DNA of 61,811 nucleotides, the filler included, from Stramenopiles sp. TOSAG23-3 (taxonomy: Eukaryota), in assembly GCA_900128585.1 (NCBI GenBank). It is 2 parts of 2 records of this genome, joined end to end, with 100 filler letters (N's around TTAATTAATTAA, not from the genome) between each part and the next. Parts side by side here need not be neighbours in the genome. Positions count along the whole stretch, not along the records: positions 1 to 30,912 come from LT642225.1; 1 more part is not named here. One strand, given 5' to 3'. Below, in pieces: positions 1 to 11,136 of this stretch. A program made the translations under genes and the position numbers. The notes under the pieces were generated by a model. That model saw nothing but the letters and a program-made list of their open reading frames with translations, did no database searches and had not been told where the DNA came from. Every line of letters starts with the position of its first letter. Positions within the stretch are counted from its first letter, which is position 1.

Positions 1-1413
1 GAAGAAAAAGCATTTCCAGGCAAAGCAAAACAGAGTTCTCCCAAAAGTTTTGGGTACAGCGCACTGGCCAATGTTCCACTGAAAGTGATGGGAATTGGTC
101 GGTTCATGGTGAACATGATTGGAACCATTGCAGACGCGTGCACAGATGGGAAAGCAAAAAATGCATTGCAAAAGTTATACAAAATGCCAAAACGGGGCGT
201 ACCCGAAGACATCACGTTCTATGAAAACCCCAAGAACCAAAAGAATGCAAACGGAAACAAGCTGGTCCATTTACATTTTTTGGAAAAAAAATTGAAACAG
301 AAAGTTACAAGTTCAGACAAGGAAACATCCAAATACTCTCTCCGTAAACGCCAAGAGGAGCGTGCGTACAAAGAATTGATGGAAAAGAAAGAGCGCATAC
401 GCCTTGCCCGAAAAAAACAGTTGGAGGCGGATCTAAAGATTCAGCGGGAAGAAAAAAAGAAAAATGACGAGGCGATACTTAAAGAAAAAAAGAAGAAAGA
501 GAAGCAAGAGCGCCTACGCGCCAAGAAAAAAGCCGAAGATAAGAAGAAATACTTTGAGGACAAGAAAGCGAAAATTGAGGAGTGGAAGACACAGCAGGCT
601 AATGAAAGAAAGGGATTGTCGGATAAAGAATTTAGGAGACAGCAACTAGAAAAACGAAAGCGTGAAGCTGATTTTGAAGCAATGAAAAGTCGACGGGATC
701 ACTTGGAAAAAGATCGCTTTGAACGAATTCTGCAAGAGGCGGAAGAATACGGCATTCCTCTTCAGGAGACTAATTATGAAACCTATACCAAGAACATCCA
801 TAACTTGGACGTCGTCGAGAAAAAAATAAGAGAAGCAAAAACGCTTGTTGAACAGAAGAAACGAAATGCCGAAGAAAACGCAAAGTACCAGGCAGATAGG
901 AGGAAAACGATTGAAGTGATGAATGCAAGAGAAGAGTACGAGAAAAAAACAATAGCCGAGCTAGAAGCTAAGCTTCAATCAGCAGATATGGACCCATCAG
1001 ATTACGTTGGAGAGATGATGAAAGTTCGCCTAGGCATAGGTGGACCTTCTGGTGGAGATCATCGTGCAATGAAAGTGTCTGACTTTTTTGGCAAAATAGA
1101 CGAGGATAGCAGTGGCTCACTAACGAAGCAGGAGCTGAAGGAATCGTTCGAGAAGCTAAAAATCCAGCTGTCAGACGAGCAATTTGAATCGTTTTATTCA
1201 GCATTTGATCCAAACGGCGATGGCAAAATTGATTATATGGAATTTCTTGCCCAGATGCGTACTCATGTTCACGGCTCCGAAGGCATTGTCAAGCGGGAGT
1301 CTCATATTGACAGAAAGAAATCAAAAAAGGGAAAGAAAACGTCGAATGACAGTAGAGATGGAAAGAAAGACGAAGCTAGAGACGCAGAAAAGAGCAGAGA
1401 AAAATCCAGTTGA
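1..1413 (+). CDS. Charged coiled-coil protein with C-terminal EF-hand pair (probably 5'-partial)
   Basis: Frame open from base 1. Long K/E/R-rich helix, then EF loops DEDSSGSLTKQE and DPNGDGKIDYME. Confidence 0.85.
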   Translation, partial: EEKAFPGKAKQSSPKSFGYSALANVPLKVMGIGRFMVNMIGTIADACTDGKAKNALQKLYKMPKRGVPEDITFYENPKNQKNANGNKLVHLHFLEKKLKQKVTSSDKETSKYSLRKRQEERAYKELMEKKERIRLARKKQLEADLKIQREEKKKNDEAILKEKKKKEKQERLRAKKKAEDKKKYFEDKKAKIEEWKTQQANERKGLSDKEFRRQQLEKRKREADFEAMKSRRDHLEKDRFERILQEAEEYGIPLQETNYETYTKNIHNLDVVEKKIREAKTLVEQKKRNAEENAKYQADRRKTIEVMNAREEYEKKTIAELEAKLQSADMDPSDYVGEMMKVRLGIGGPSGGDHRAMKVSDFFGKIDEDSSGSLTKQELKESFEKLKIQLSDEQFESFYSAFDPNGDGKIDYMEFLAQMRTHVHGSEGIVKRESHIDRKKSKKGKKTSNDSRDGKKDEARDAEKSREKSS

Positions 1414-1611
1414 AAAACACACACCGAAGCAATACAACTTTACTTTAAATTTTTATTGGTGTTAACAATACGTTTTGTAATTTTAAAATAACCAACTGGT
1501 TCCCCGCCTTCTCGTCTACAAAGTAAACAACAGTAGCCATTGTTTTTGTTTTTAAAACATTTTAAAATAAATTAAGTTAAAAAAAAACAAATTATAGTAA
1601 TATGATATCAT

Positions 1612-1860
1612 ATTTAATTACTTAAATAACAGCCAATTTTCTTGTTTTTATCATATGATACATATGATAGACTAGAATATCCACATCATTATTTTCCACA
1701 TCATTTGCTTTGTTTGATGCTTGATTTAAAAAACAAAATATATATATTATCATATATTTTGGTTTTCATAATAGTATGATATGTTTTAAGACGACTCTCA
1801 TTTTAAAAATCTCTTTTTTTTAAAACAAGAAAATTGGCTGTTATTTTAACTTCGTAATTT
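1612..1860. repeat. Inverted pair of the TIR-like motif between convergent genes
   Basis: ATTTAATTACTTAAATAACAGCCAATTTTCTTGTTTTTA at 1612-1650; reverse complement TAAAACAAGAAAATTGGCTGTTATTTTAA from 1821. Confidence 0.8.
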
Positions 1861-1972
1861 TAAGTTACCGCTAAAAATTCTGTTTCTTTAAAACCAAAAA
1901 TATATGTGCTATTATCTCCTTATGTTTCATTTTATCTTACGGATTTTTGTTTGTTTCATTTCAGAATTCGTA

Positions 1973-3367
1973 TCATACAAAGTCAAAATCCCCAAAATGT
2001 TTTGTTACGTAAGGACGCTTCACTTGATCTATTTGTTTCCTTGTGGGTCGTTTCCTGTGCACTGCCAAACAATGCCGTTTCATATTCGACTTATCTGTAT
2101 ACGATTTGTCGCACCAAGGGCATAATACTCTCTGTTTCTTGTGCTTGTTTGCAATGTGGGCTTGAAGTTGCTCGTTTCTGGTGTATGCCGTTTTCTTCTT
2201 TATCTTTGCGCAAATTTTGCACTTGAAGATTTTTCTTGCTTTCTTTGCAGCCCGAGAAGGCGTTGCCGCATTGGCTTTCCCCAACTGCTTGCCCTGATCG
2301 AAGTTTTTCTTTCTTTTCTTACCCGATTCTTTCTTCGATTCAGCGCCTTTCTTCCCGGTTTTTGCGGATTTTTTGGCCATTTTTGGTCTGTTTGCGTTCG
2401 CAATTCGTTTAAGCCGCACTTCTTTCTTTTTCAAGTACTTCGTCGGATCGAAATCGTGAATATTTTTGCAGTGTCGTTTCATGTTTGTTTTCGTTGCAAA
2501 CGAGTTTTTGCACATCGGGCAGATTAGAAAATGGGGTTTCTCGCTCGGTGTTACAATCGATGTCGCGGTGTTCACAGGCTGCATCGTAGCAGGGCTTTCA
2601 ACGTGTTCTTCTGTCGAACCGTCACAAGGAGAGAATATTCCAAACTCGTAGTCTGTTTCCTCAGGAACACCCACATCAATGTATTCGCATAGTTGTCTGG
2701 CATTTTTCTTCGAAAGACCGCACACCTTTTGGACTGCAATCTCAATCACAGGCCCTTCGAAAGGAGGAGGCGCTGTCACGTGGGCTTCGACGGCTTCAAG
2801 CATTTTGCAAAATTTTCTCGAAACAGCAGTAGAAGAATCCGCAGTGCCCCAGGCACGCACTTGATCCCACTCCACGTGTTCAATAGGAATGCCCGAGTCC
2901 TCCACCCTAAAATAGCTGTTACTCCCTGCCGTGCTTGCCGCCCTTGAGAACGACTCAAGGAGCGGACCTTCTGGATTCCGGCTTATTTCTCGAACAGCTC
3001 CCAGTAGCATAGCTGGGCTCATGTTGTTGAATGTTTCCAAGCAATCGTTCAGATTGCCATCGAGGCGCACTGAAGACGCGGTTCTGGAAGAGGAAGCACC
3101 TCTGGGAGACTCATTGAAACCTTGAACATTGTTTATCTTGTCGACGCATTTCAGCATTCCAGACTGATGCAGGTCACGTACTTTCTGCCATAGGCCCCGG
3201 CGACGCTGCCCCTGGTGCACTCGCAGCTTCTGCAGGACAACATACACGAATCTCATCTTGAGGAACTCCAGACCCTTATCAAGAATGTTCTTTTTCTGTT
3301 CCTCTAGGAGCTCATTGAAATTTTTATATTCTTGAGGCTTTGCTTTTCGAACTCTCGGTCGCGGCAT
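1973..3367 (-). CDS. C2H2 zinc-finger protein (three fingers), likely nuclear
   Basis: CPMC..HCKNIH, CKIC..HIANKH, CPWC..HCLAVH; Lys-rich linker. First in-frame ATG at 3367. Confidence 0.85.
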   Translation of the reverse strand: MPRPRVRKAKPQEYKNFNELLEEQKKNILDKGLEFLKMRFVYVVLQKLRVHQGQRRRGLWQKVRDLHQSGMLKCVDKINNVQGFNESPRGASSSRTASSVRLDGNLNDCLETFNNMSPAMLLGAVREISRNPEGPLLESFSRAASTAGSNSYFRVEDSGIPIEHVEWDQVRAWGTADSSTAVSRKFCKMLEAVEAHVTAPPPFEGPVIEIAVQKVCGLSKKNARQLCEYIDVGVPEETDYEFGIFSPCDGSTEEHVESPATMQPVNTATSIVTPSEKPHFLICPMCKNSFATKTNMKRHCKNIHDFDPTKYLKKKEVRLKRIANANRPKMAKKSAKTGKKGAESKKESGKKRKKNFDQGKQLGKANAATPSRAAKKARKIFKCKICAKIKKKTAYTRNEQLQAHIANKHKKQRVLCPWCDKSYTDKSNMKRHCLAVHRKRPTRKQIDQVKRPYVTKHFGDFDFV

Positions 3368-4672
3368 TATTCGCTGTGGGAATGGAAGGATAAAACTTGC
3401 TCTGCCAAACACAAATGGACCTGGAACAATTAAAGGTGATGGGTATCTATGGCACAAGATTTAACAGACTGAAAAGACTAAGTGCGAACTGTTTGGATGT
3501 TTTTCTACCTTTAATGTCTATTTATATGGATCTCTTCTGTTTAGTTTAATTTGATGGTGGTCGTTTTTTCTTGTATACTTGTTTTATTATTCGACCATTT
3601 TATTGTGTTGTTGTGTTTTTATTTTTTTTTTTTTTTAATAATTTTTTTTATTATTTACCATCATCACACATCCTTCTTTTTTTCTCTTCTCTACTACCAC
3701 CGGTACAGGTTCGAACCAGGTACCCTGCCGGTACAGTATAATTATATAACCTGCCTATAACAACTACGATCTTTTTTTTCCACGTCTCTCTTCTTTCTTT
3801 TCTTCTTTTTTTTTGGATAATAATGACGACTATTTATAATATACCTCGTACTTGTAAAGTAGACGACTATGTAATTATTATTCCAATAAATATTAATAAA
3901 TTATTAGAACATCATATTAATAGATAGAAATAGACCATAGAATACGAAGTCATAATAATTTTACCAGTTTTATTACTATTATAGTACCGGTAATAATAAT
4001 AAAAGGTCATTATTAGTCTAGTCAGCTCAAGTCCAATAAAATACTCTATTCTTCTCCTCTACTCGTAGTTCATTGTAGTCTGTCTTGTCTAGTCAAAATT
4101 TCTCGCGTCCTCGTATGAATAAATACCGCATACCCGTACTTATAATACTAAATATGTAGTGTGTTTCTTATATTCCTATTTATTAAATGGATTACTTTTT
4201 TTTAGTCTCTAGTCTCTACGAGGGGTACGTAGTCGTCTAATTAAAAAAAGTCAGTGCATTATTTATTATTACCAAGGGCAGTGCCTAATCTTCCTCCCTT
4301 CTTTATTTTAGACTTTTTGCCACCACCATAATAAAAAGTTATATTGGATTTGGACTCCTCGTAGTTAGTCTTGTTAGTTGTCCTGTCTTTAAATTGCGTA
4401 CCGTCCTGGTATAAATTATATTACAGGTGTGGTGGTGAGTCCTCGTAGTAGACCCTATCCCCTATCCCATAATAATAATGAATGGAAGTGGGAAAATATA
4501 TTACAGGGACTATTAGTCTATATATTATTTGAATAATTCGATATGAAATATGAACGTCTGAATTTCGCGAAGTGGAAGCAATAGGTTTAAGATTTAGTGT
4601 TGAATCCCCCCGTAAAAAGATACATTCGCTCCCTGATTTTGAATTAGTAATTAACTGCGCGTGCACGGTACC

Positions 4673-6646
4673 ATGTCTTCCAATTGCGCGAACGCGACAG
4701 GCCCAGTCTTTGGTTTTGGCGAGGCCATGATTAGGTACGCCCCGACAGAGGCAGTGCCGTTGGGTCAAGAAAAAGGGGGGCAACCTGACCTATTCTTACG
4801 TTCTATCGGTGGTGACGAGCTAAACGTTATGGTTGCTCTGTCGAGACTTGGATCAGACACACACTGGGTGAGTGTGTTGCCAGACCAAGTTCTTGGTAAT
4901 ACCGTTCGAAGGTGTGCAGAAAGCGCTGGCGTATCGACGCAGTTTGTCAAGACTACGGGCTCGGACTCGGAAGTTGGCTCATTTACAGTAATCCCCGAAG
5001 AGAAGCGAGTCCATTACAGAAGGGCATCGTCAGCATTCTGGGCGCAGAAGAAGGATGATTTGCAGTGGGACAAGATTGTGAGGGACATGTCCCCGTCCTG
5101 GTGCCATGCGACTGGGATTACCCCACTCTGCGGCGACGGCGCGCGCGCGAGCTGGGTCGCGCATATGACCGCGTGCGGAAAACACAACGTGCCTGTCTCC
5201 ATTGATTTTAACCACCGCCCAGCGCTGGGGACGTTGGAGGAGCTTTGGGGCATTATGCTCCCAGTGATTAAAGGCGTTAAGCCCAGATTGCTTATTTTTT
5301 CCTTGAAGACTCTGCGAAACGTGGCTGAATTGTGTGGTTTGAAAGATGTGCCACCGCCGTCTTACTTTGAAATGTCAGGCGGACGGCCGACGACGGGGGC
5401 CTCGAACGGGGCCGCGGATGCAGACGGCAGGGGAAAGAAGCGCCTCAAAGTCCAACATGGGACGTCAGAAACAGACCCAGTCTGGATCAGCCTTATGGAA
5501 CGGATGTTCAAGCATCTAGGAGGAGAAACAAACATCGCATGCTGTTTCAAAACCCGCGACGCCACGGGGTTACAGACACGATGGTCTGTGATAGTCGACG
5601 CCAAGGGCCCTCACACAACGCAGCCAACGCCCACGATGCACGTGCCAAAGGACGAGTGTGGTGGTGGCAGTGCGTGGGCAGCAGGGTGTATTGATGCGTA
5701 TTTGGGAGGCGAAGACGATGGGGCAGCCGTAGCTCGGAGGGGTGATTTGTTGGCTGCGCTGTGCCAGGAAACTGTAGGGGATCACAGCTGGGTATCGCGT
5801 TCCCATCTGAACGCAGCGTTGGCAGAGTTTGATGGAAAAATAGCTCTCCTCGAAAAGCCGGGCAGTAGTGCAGGCGCGGCGGCCAGTAATGGAAGCACCG
5901 TGGTAGAAAATTCAGGGGTAACATTCCGTTCGAAGCTCTTGGACCCGAACCCTTTAACGTGGCTTTTAAAGCGTCAAATGCTTCAAAACGTACACAGAAT
6001 GCCAAAGTTGATTGCAATCATTCGGGCAAAGAGGCCTGATGTAGCAATCAACAGGGCGATTGAGCTGGTAGAAATGGGATGCCGCGCCATTGAAATCACC
6101 TTTGACACGACCGATTTTGACCGTGTCCTTCGCACTGTTGTCCGGTATGCTGGAGATCGGGCATTGGTGGGAGTAGGTACTGCTATGAGTGCTGCAGACG
6201 TCCGCAAAGCGGCGTCACTTGGTGCTCAATTTGCTTTGTCTCCCATAAATCCACCGGGTTTCGTCGCAGAGTGCCTACGGCTAGGTTTAGTAGCAGTCCC
6301 TGCTGCCTACACCCCGACGGAAGTGTGGCGAGCACACTGCGAGGGAGCCCATTATGTGAAATTATTTCCCGCTCATATGTGGAACCCCAACACCCTGAAG
6401 GCAATGCTCACAACAGGACCCCTGTGCTTGGTAAAAGTCATGCCAAGTGGTGGGATTTCCCCTTCCACGGCACGATCGTGGTTTGATGCTGGTGCAGTTG
6501 GCGTAGGCATGGGGTCCGCTTTGTGCGGTAAAGACATTAAAACACCGCAAGGAAGTGAACACGAAGAAACATTTCAAAAAGCAGCCAATGACTGGAAGAG
6601 TCAAGGAAAACAAGCAGCCCAGCATGCCCTGGACACGCTGCAGTAA
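4673..6646 (+). CDS. Fusion of PfkB/KdgK-like sugar kinase and KDPG/KHG aldolase (Eda-like)
   Basis: N half: FGEAM, GGDELNV, DFNHRPALG, KDECGGGSAWAAG. C half: IAIIR, AIEIT, GVGTA, VKLFPA (Schiff-base Lys), PSGGI. One uninterrupted ORF, ATG 4673. Confidence 0.88.
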   Translation: MSSNCANATGPVFGFGEAMIRYAPTEAVPLGQEKGGQPDLFLRSIGGDELNVMVALSRLGSDTHWVSVLPDQVLGNTVRRCAESAGVSTQFVKTTGSDSEVGSFTVIPEEKRVHYRRASSAFWAQKKDDLQWDKIVRDMSPSWCHATGITPLCGDGARASWVAHMTACGKHNVPVSIDFNHRPALGTLEELWGIMLPVIKGVKPRLLIFSLKTLRNVAELCGLKDVPPPSYFEMSGGRPTTGASNGAADADGRGKKRLKVQHGTSETDPVWISLMERMFKHLGGETNIACCFKTRDATGLQTRWSVIVDAKGPHTTQPTPTMHVPKDECGGGSAWAAGCIDAYLGGEDDGAAVARRGDLLAALCQETVGDHSWVSRSHLNAALAEFDGKIALLEKPGSSAGAAASNGSTVVENSGVTFRSKLLDPNPLTWLLKRQMLQNVHRMPKLIAIIRAKRPDVAINRAIELVEMGCRAIEITFDTTDFDRVLRTVVRYAGDRALVGVGTAMSAADVRKAASLGAQFALSPINPPGFVAECLRLGLVAVPAAYTPTEVWRAHCEGAHYVKLFPAHMWNPNTLKAMLTTGPLCLVKVMPSGGISPSTARSWFDAGAVGVGMGSALCGKDIKTPQGSEHEETFQKAANDWKSQGKQAAQHALDTLQ

Positions 6647-6720
6647 TGTGTGTAGAAGAACGAAGAAATTCAAATCTTAAAACCACATTCTTGAGAATAA
6701 GAAAGCGAATTCCCCTGTGT

Positions 6721-6757
6721 TATTTAATTACTTGAATAACAGCCAATTTTTTGTTTT
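6721..6757 (+). repeat. TIR-like motif copy downstream of the kinase-aldolase gene
   Basis: TATTTAATTACTTGAATAACAGCCAATTTTTTGTTTT. Confidence 0.75.
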
Positions 6758-7484
6758 ATTTAATTATTAAAAAGAGAGGTGAAGTAGAGGGCTATTGGTC
6801 GTCGTGTGTCGTTGTGTGAATCCTCGTTCGGTCCGGTTCGGTACCTGGTACCTTACCGTATGGTGTTTTCATTTAGTATTACAGCAGTACAATAGTTTGT
6901 AAGTAGGACTATCAACGAGCAAGAAGCCAATTTAAATAATTAGGGCTTATAACTACTTAAAAGCCATGAATTATTTTTATTAAATAATAATACGTAGCTA
7001 TTATTATTATTATTCATTCCTTCCCCTTGTTGCTACATGCTAAAAAATAATAATCCCCACACCTTTCTGAAGATAGTAAGAAAAAATTTATGGATCGTTC
7101 GTATGTAAAAATTTGAAATATTGTTGTATACATATTTATCATATTAATAATAAATTAAATATTAATAATGCCTATTTATTTAAAAATGTATGAAACATTA
7201 TAATATTTAAATATATAAAAAAACACGATCTTTTTTTAAAATTATGAATTATTTTATATATATTTTATTATTAAAAAAAAATATAATATACATACAAATT
7301 TAATTAATACAATTTAAGCACACAGAGAACGCTTGCAATGGGACGCTTAGTGGTGAGCCAATTTATTACAGACCCAAACGAAAAACTTGATGGAAGAAAA
7401 GGCTGAATTAACAACAACGCAAAAGGAAGGAAAGGTTCATCCAGCACATTGACCAGTCATTTTACTCTTTTGGAGCATTTTACT

Positions 7485-8693
7485 ATGGGCGAAGAGAATA
7501 AAAAACTTTGTGCGTGCTGCACATTTATCATCACCATAACGTCGATGGTGCTGTTTATCTGCAGTTTCCATTATGTCGGCGAACTATCCTATTGCCTTCG
7601 CTTCGAGAGAAACTCAAAAGTAATGGCAGACACTGTGGAGGATACCCCAGGGACCTTTTTTCTTGGGGTTGCGGGGGGCTTCATGTGCTTTCCTAAAACT
7701 CGACAACAATTAGAGTTTTCCGTCCGCTCTGCAAGCCAAGAGCCGCGTCTAGCAGCAAGAACTAGCGAGGGTTTAAAGTTAGAGATGGATGTTATGATTG
7801 AGTACAAGCTTCAAAAGGAAAACATCAGAAAATTATTTGATTTAGCCGCACAAGATTATGGGGTCATGTATCAGCTGTTGGCGGGGAGTACCCTTCGTAA
7901 TGTTGCGTCTAGGTACCCTGCAATGAGCTTCTTGGACTCCCGAAGAAGAAACATCAGCCAGTCGATGCTGGAGCAACTGCAGACCGATTTTAGCCCGTAT
8001 TTTGCCGACGTTTTGTCTGTCCAGCTTTTCCATGTCGATTTGCCGGATCAATACGAGGGGTGGATTAAAAAAATTGAGACCAGTCGATTGGAGCAGCAGC
8101 GCGAGCAGGCGTACCGGGTCGTTTCGAGACAGCAGCAAGTGAACAAGTACACGAAAATGACTATCGACCTTGAGACGACCAAAGAGAAATCGAGGCTGAA
8201 CTCCGAGGCCCAAGTCTCGCTCGCGACGCTGAAAGATACGCAAAGGACGATAATTGCGGAAACAAGCGCTATGGCAGCCATGCAAAAAGCGGAGAGGGAT
8301 CGAAACGCCAGTCTTGTAAAGTTGGATGGAGACCTGCAAGTGGCGAAAGCGGAGCAAGTCCTTGCAGTGAGAAAGGCCCAAAATGCCCAGAACAAGAGCA
8401 TCCTTCAATTCGAGCGCGAGATCTTGCTGGCCAAAAACGACGCTATTGTTCGCGAAATCAAAGCCAAGGCTCAGGCGTACACAATTGAGCAAGGGGCCAT
8501 TGCTGAAGCTTACAAGATAGAACAGTTGAAAGGGGCACAGCTTCAACAGTTTACTGACCTCACGGCTGCCATCAACATGAGCCAAGCCGAGCTACTTCAA
8601 TACGTTTACATGAACGTTCTCAAGGACTCGAAACAGAGTGAAATGTATTTAGACTATAAGAAAGTGCCGTTGTTTCTTGAAGATAGCAATTAA
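7485..8693 (+). CDS. SPFH/Band-7 (prohibitin-like) membrane protein with extended coiled coil
   Basis: N-terminal TM; ARTSEGLKLEMDVMIEYKL, LRNVASRY, VQLFHVDLP; long A/E/Q coiled coil. ATG 7485. Confidence 0.8.
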   Translation: MGEENKKLCACCTFIITITSMVLFICSFHYVGELSYCLRFERNSKVMADTVEDTPGTFFLGVAGGFMCFPKTRQQLEFSVRSASQEPRLAARTSEGLKLEMDVMIEYKLQKENIRKLFDLAAQDYGVMYQLLAGSTLRNVASRYPAMSFLDSRRRNISQSMLEQLQTDFSPYFADVLSVQLFHVDLPDQYEGWIKKIETSRLEQQREQAYRVVSRQQQVNKYTKMTIDLETTKEKSRLNSEAQVSLATLKDTQRTIIAETSAMAAMQKAERDRNASLVKLDGDLQVAKAEQVLAVRKAQNAQNKSILQFEREILLAKNDAIVREIKAKAQAYTIEQGAIAEAYKIEQLKGAQLQQFTDLTAAINMSQAELLQYVYMNVLKDSKQSEMYLDYKKVPLFLEDSN

Positions 8694-8799
8694 AACATTG
8701 CATTTGCAAGTGGTCGTTTGGGTTTAGTTCAAATGCCTCAATCATTTCAATATTAGTTTTACTCAAATATAAACAACTTTAATGAACAAAAAAAAACTT

Positions 8800-9045
8800 A
8801 TGAGTGAGACACCGGATGAGGAAGTTGACTACGGGTCATTTGACGTCACAAATTCAAATATCCAATCGGATCATGAATGGAGTACACCATAGAATGATAG
8901 TCTAGACTACGAAAGTGACAAGAGTGTATTGGTTAAATTAGTAAAATCACAGTAGCAGAGATAAGTTCGCAGTAAATGAAGGAACGTAAGCCTTTTATGG
9001 ACAAAAGGAGCAGATTCACTTTCGTGGTACACGAGGAAGATAAAA
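8800..9045 (+). mobile_element. Internal fragment of dispersed degenerate element (family A)
   Basis: Similar to 24197-24322, 24481-24610, 28718-28803, 34972-35112, 36820-36930, 51186-51305 and 56932-57070. Encodes relic MSETPDEEVDYGSF. Confidence 0.7.
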
Positions 9046-9639
9046 TTTGCATATATTTTGTTTTCAAATATTTGATATTTAAGAAAAGGTTCCTTTATTT
9101 CTTTACAATTCTTCTTTGGAAACCGGCAGATAATAGATGATTATATAGGAATTTATACAGTACGATTAAATGTAGTTGTATTACATATTTCATTTTGGAC
9201 AGAAGAAAGTTCTTTTCTTTGGTACAGGTTTTTAAAATTACATACAAACAGCATTAGGCGTTGTTTCTTTTTGAATCTGTTCTTGTTTTCTGTGATGTTA
9301 CATGGTACACCTACTAACAAAGTAATATAATAGGGACTTTGTATCATAATGCCTTTTTTTTTCTTCTTCTTCCCAAATCATTTTTTTAGTAGAAGAAAAA
9401 AAAGAAGAAAAAATAACGACACTCTAGACTGAACAAGTACAAATAAATATTGAAAGAGAAAAAAAGGTTGGTAAAAATGAGTTAAACAACTTGAAGGCAA
9501 TAAAAATGACATTTAATCGGAAGGATTCGGTTCGGTTTGTAATTTACATCTCTGTTTAGGAGAAATTTTCAACTTGCAGGAGACAGTGAAGGCTATTATT
9601 TCAGCGTATCTAAAAAAGCAAATTTGTTTATTTGGAAAT

Positions 9640-10944
9640 ATGAACATTCTATTCGACGGGAAGAATACTGCTGGTAGGACTTCAGACAGTCTCGGTTGGC
9701 ACAGTACACTGTTGAGCATCTCCTTTAACCAAGATGCGTCGTGTTTTGCGACTGGGCTTCGTAATAGATCGTGTGTGTACGGTTGCAAACCATTCAAGCG
9801 CCACGAATTCGCAGCGGATGGGGGAATCGGTGCAATGGCAATGCTATATAGAACAAACTTACTCGCAATGGTTGGGGGTGGAGATACCCCTGCCTTTTCC
9901 CCTCGTCGGTTACGACTTGTCAATACAACCAGCCGAACAGCACTGTGCGAGCTCCAATTTGAAACGACCGTCCTGTCTATAAAGATGAACAGGGAACGTT
10001 TGGTCATTGCACTTCAAAATAAGATCCATATCTTCGACCTAGATTCCATGAATGCGTTGCACATGCTTAGTACTCCCCCGAACTCGGCAGGGTTAATTTC
10101 GCTGCAGGCAACGGCTGGTTCGCAGAGCGACTCGTGTTTTTTGGCTTTTCCCGGTGGGACCACGAAAGGAGAGGTCGTCTTCTTCGATGTGAGATCTTTA
10201 AAAGCCGTTCAACTCTTTCAAGCACATCAGCACCCTTTGGTAGCCATGGAGTTTAATGCCAGTGGGACCGCAATCGCTACTGCTTCTACCGAGGGCACAA
10301 TTGTTAGGGTTTTTAAAGTCCCGAGCGGTGAACGGTTATATGCGTTCAGAAGAGGCAGTAGAAAGGGTGTCATCCGTTGCTTATCATTCGATATTTCTGG
10401 ACAATTTTTGTGTGCTGGCAGTGCCAGTGGCACCATTCACTTCTATAATTGTGGAGGGAATGATCATGATGCTTCCGCAGCCAAGTCAAACGAATACCAA
10501 AACGTTGCCAGAGATTCTGGGAGGGGGGGAGGGGACGGTGCGTCGTCTGCCGGGTTATACGGCAGTTTTAGCAGCGCTCATTCCGAGGATGGTACGAATT
10601 TAAGCAATGGAGCGAGCAAGTCTCAGGCAGCAAGCTCATCAAAACAGTCGTATTTGGCTAGCTTCGGGAGTATGGTTGGTACTTTCATTCCAGAAAGTGT
10701 TGATACCACGCGAAGTTTTGCACAGGTACGTTTGGGGGAGGGGTCGGAGTCAGTGGCTGCATATCTGTGTGCAATAATGGCAGGTGACGCGAAAGACAGC
10801 AAGTTTTTTGTTACGGTAGTTTCAGTATCAGGGATATTCTCGCTTTACTCGGTAGATAAAACAACGGGAGAAACAAGATTAGAGGAAGAAAATGCGCTTT
10901 TTGAGTCCCAGTCAGAAGTTGTAAGCACAAAGAAGTCATACTAA
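9640..10944 (+). CDS. ATG18: ATG18/WIPI PROPPIN beta-propeller
   Basis: SFNQDASC, MLYRTNLLAMVG, IATASTEGTIVRVF, and phosphoinositide-binding FRRG motif. Confidence 0.93.
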   Translation: MNILFDGKNTAGRTSDSLGWHSTLLSISFNQDASCFATGLRNRSCVYGCKPFKRHEFAADGGIGAMAMLYRTNLLAMVGGGDTPAFSPRRLRLVNTTSRTALCELQFETTVLSIKMNRERLVIALQNKIHIFDLDSMNALHMLSTPPNSAGLISLQATAGSQSDSCFLAFPGGTTKGEVVFFDVRSLKAVQLFQAHQHPLVAMEFNASGTAIATASTEGTIVRVFKVPSGERLYAFRRGSRKGVIRCLSFDISGQFLCAGSASGTIHFYNCGGNDHDASAAKSNEYQNVARDSGRGGGDGASSAGLYGSFSSAHSEDGTNLSNGASKSQAASSSKQSYLASFGSMVGTFIPESVDTTRSFAQVRLGEGSESVAAYLCAIMAGDAKDSKFFVTVVSVSGIFSLYSVDKTTGETRLEEENALFESQSEVVSTKKSY

Positions 10945-11136
10945 CCTCAAAGAAAAGTAGTTTTTAGTACTAAACCACTCCTTTCACCAATAAAAAACAA
11001 AATAATGGGGCGGTTATTTTTTAAATAAAATTTTAAAAACAATTGAAAGATTGGCTGTTATTTTAAAATTAATGTTGTTCTTTGCTTTAAAACAAAATAT
11101 ATTACATCTCTTAAACGCACTTATCTTTAAAGTATG

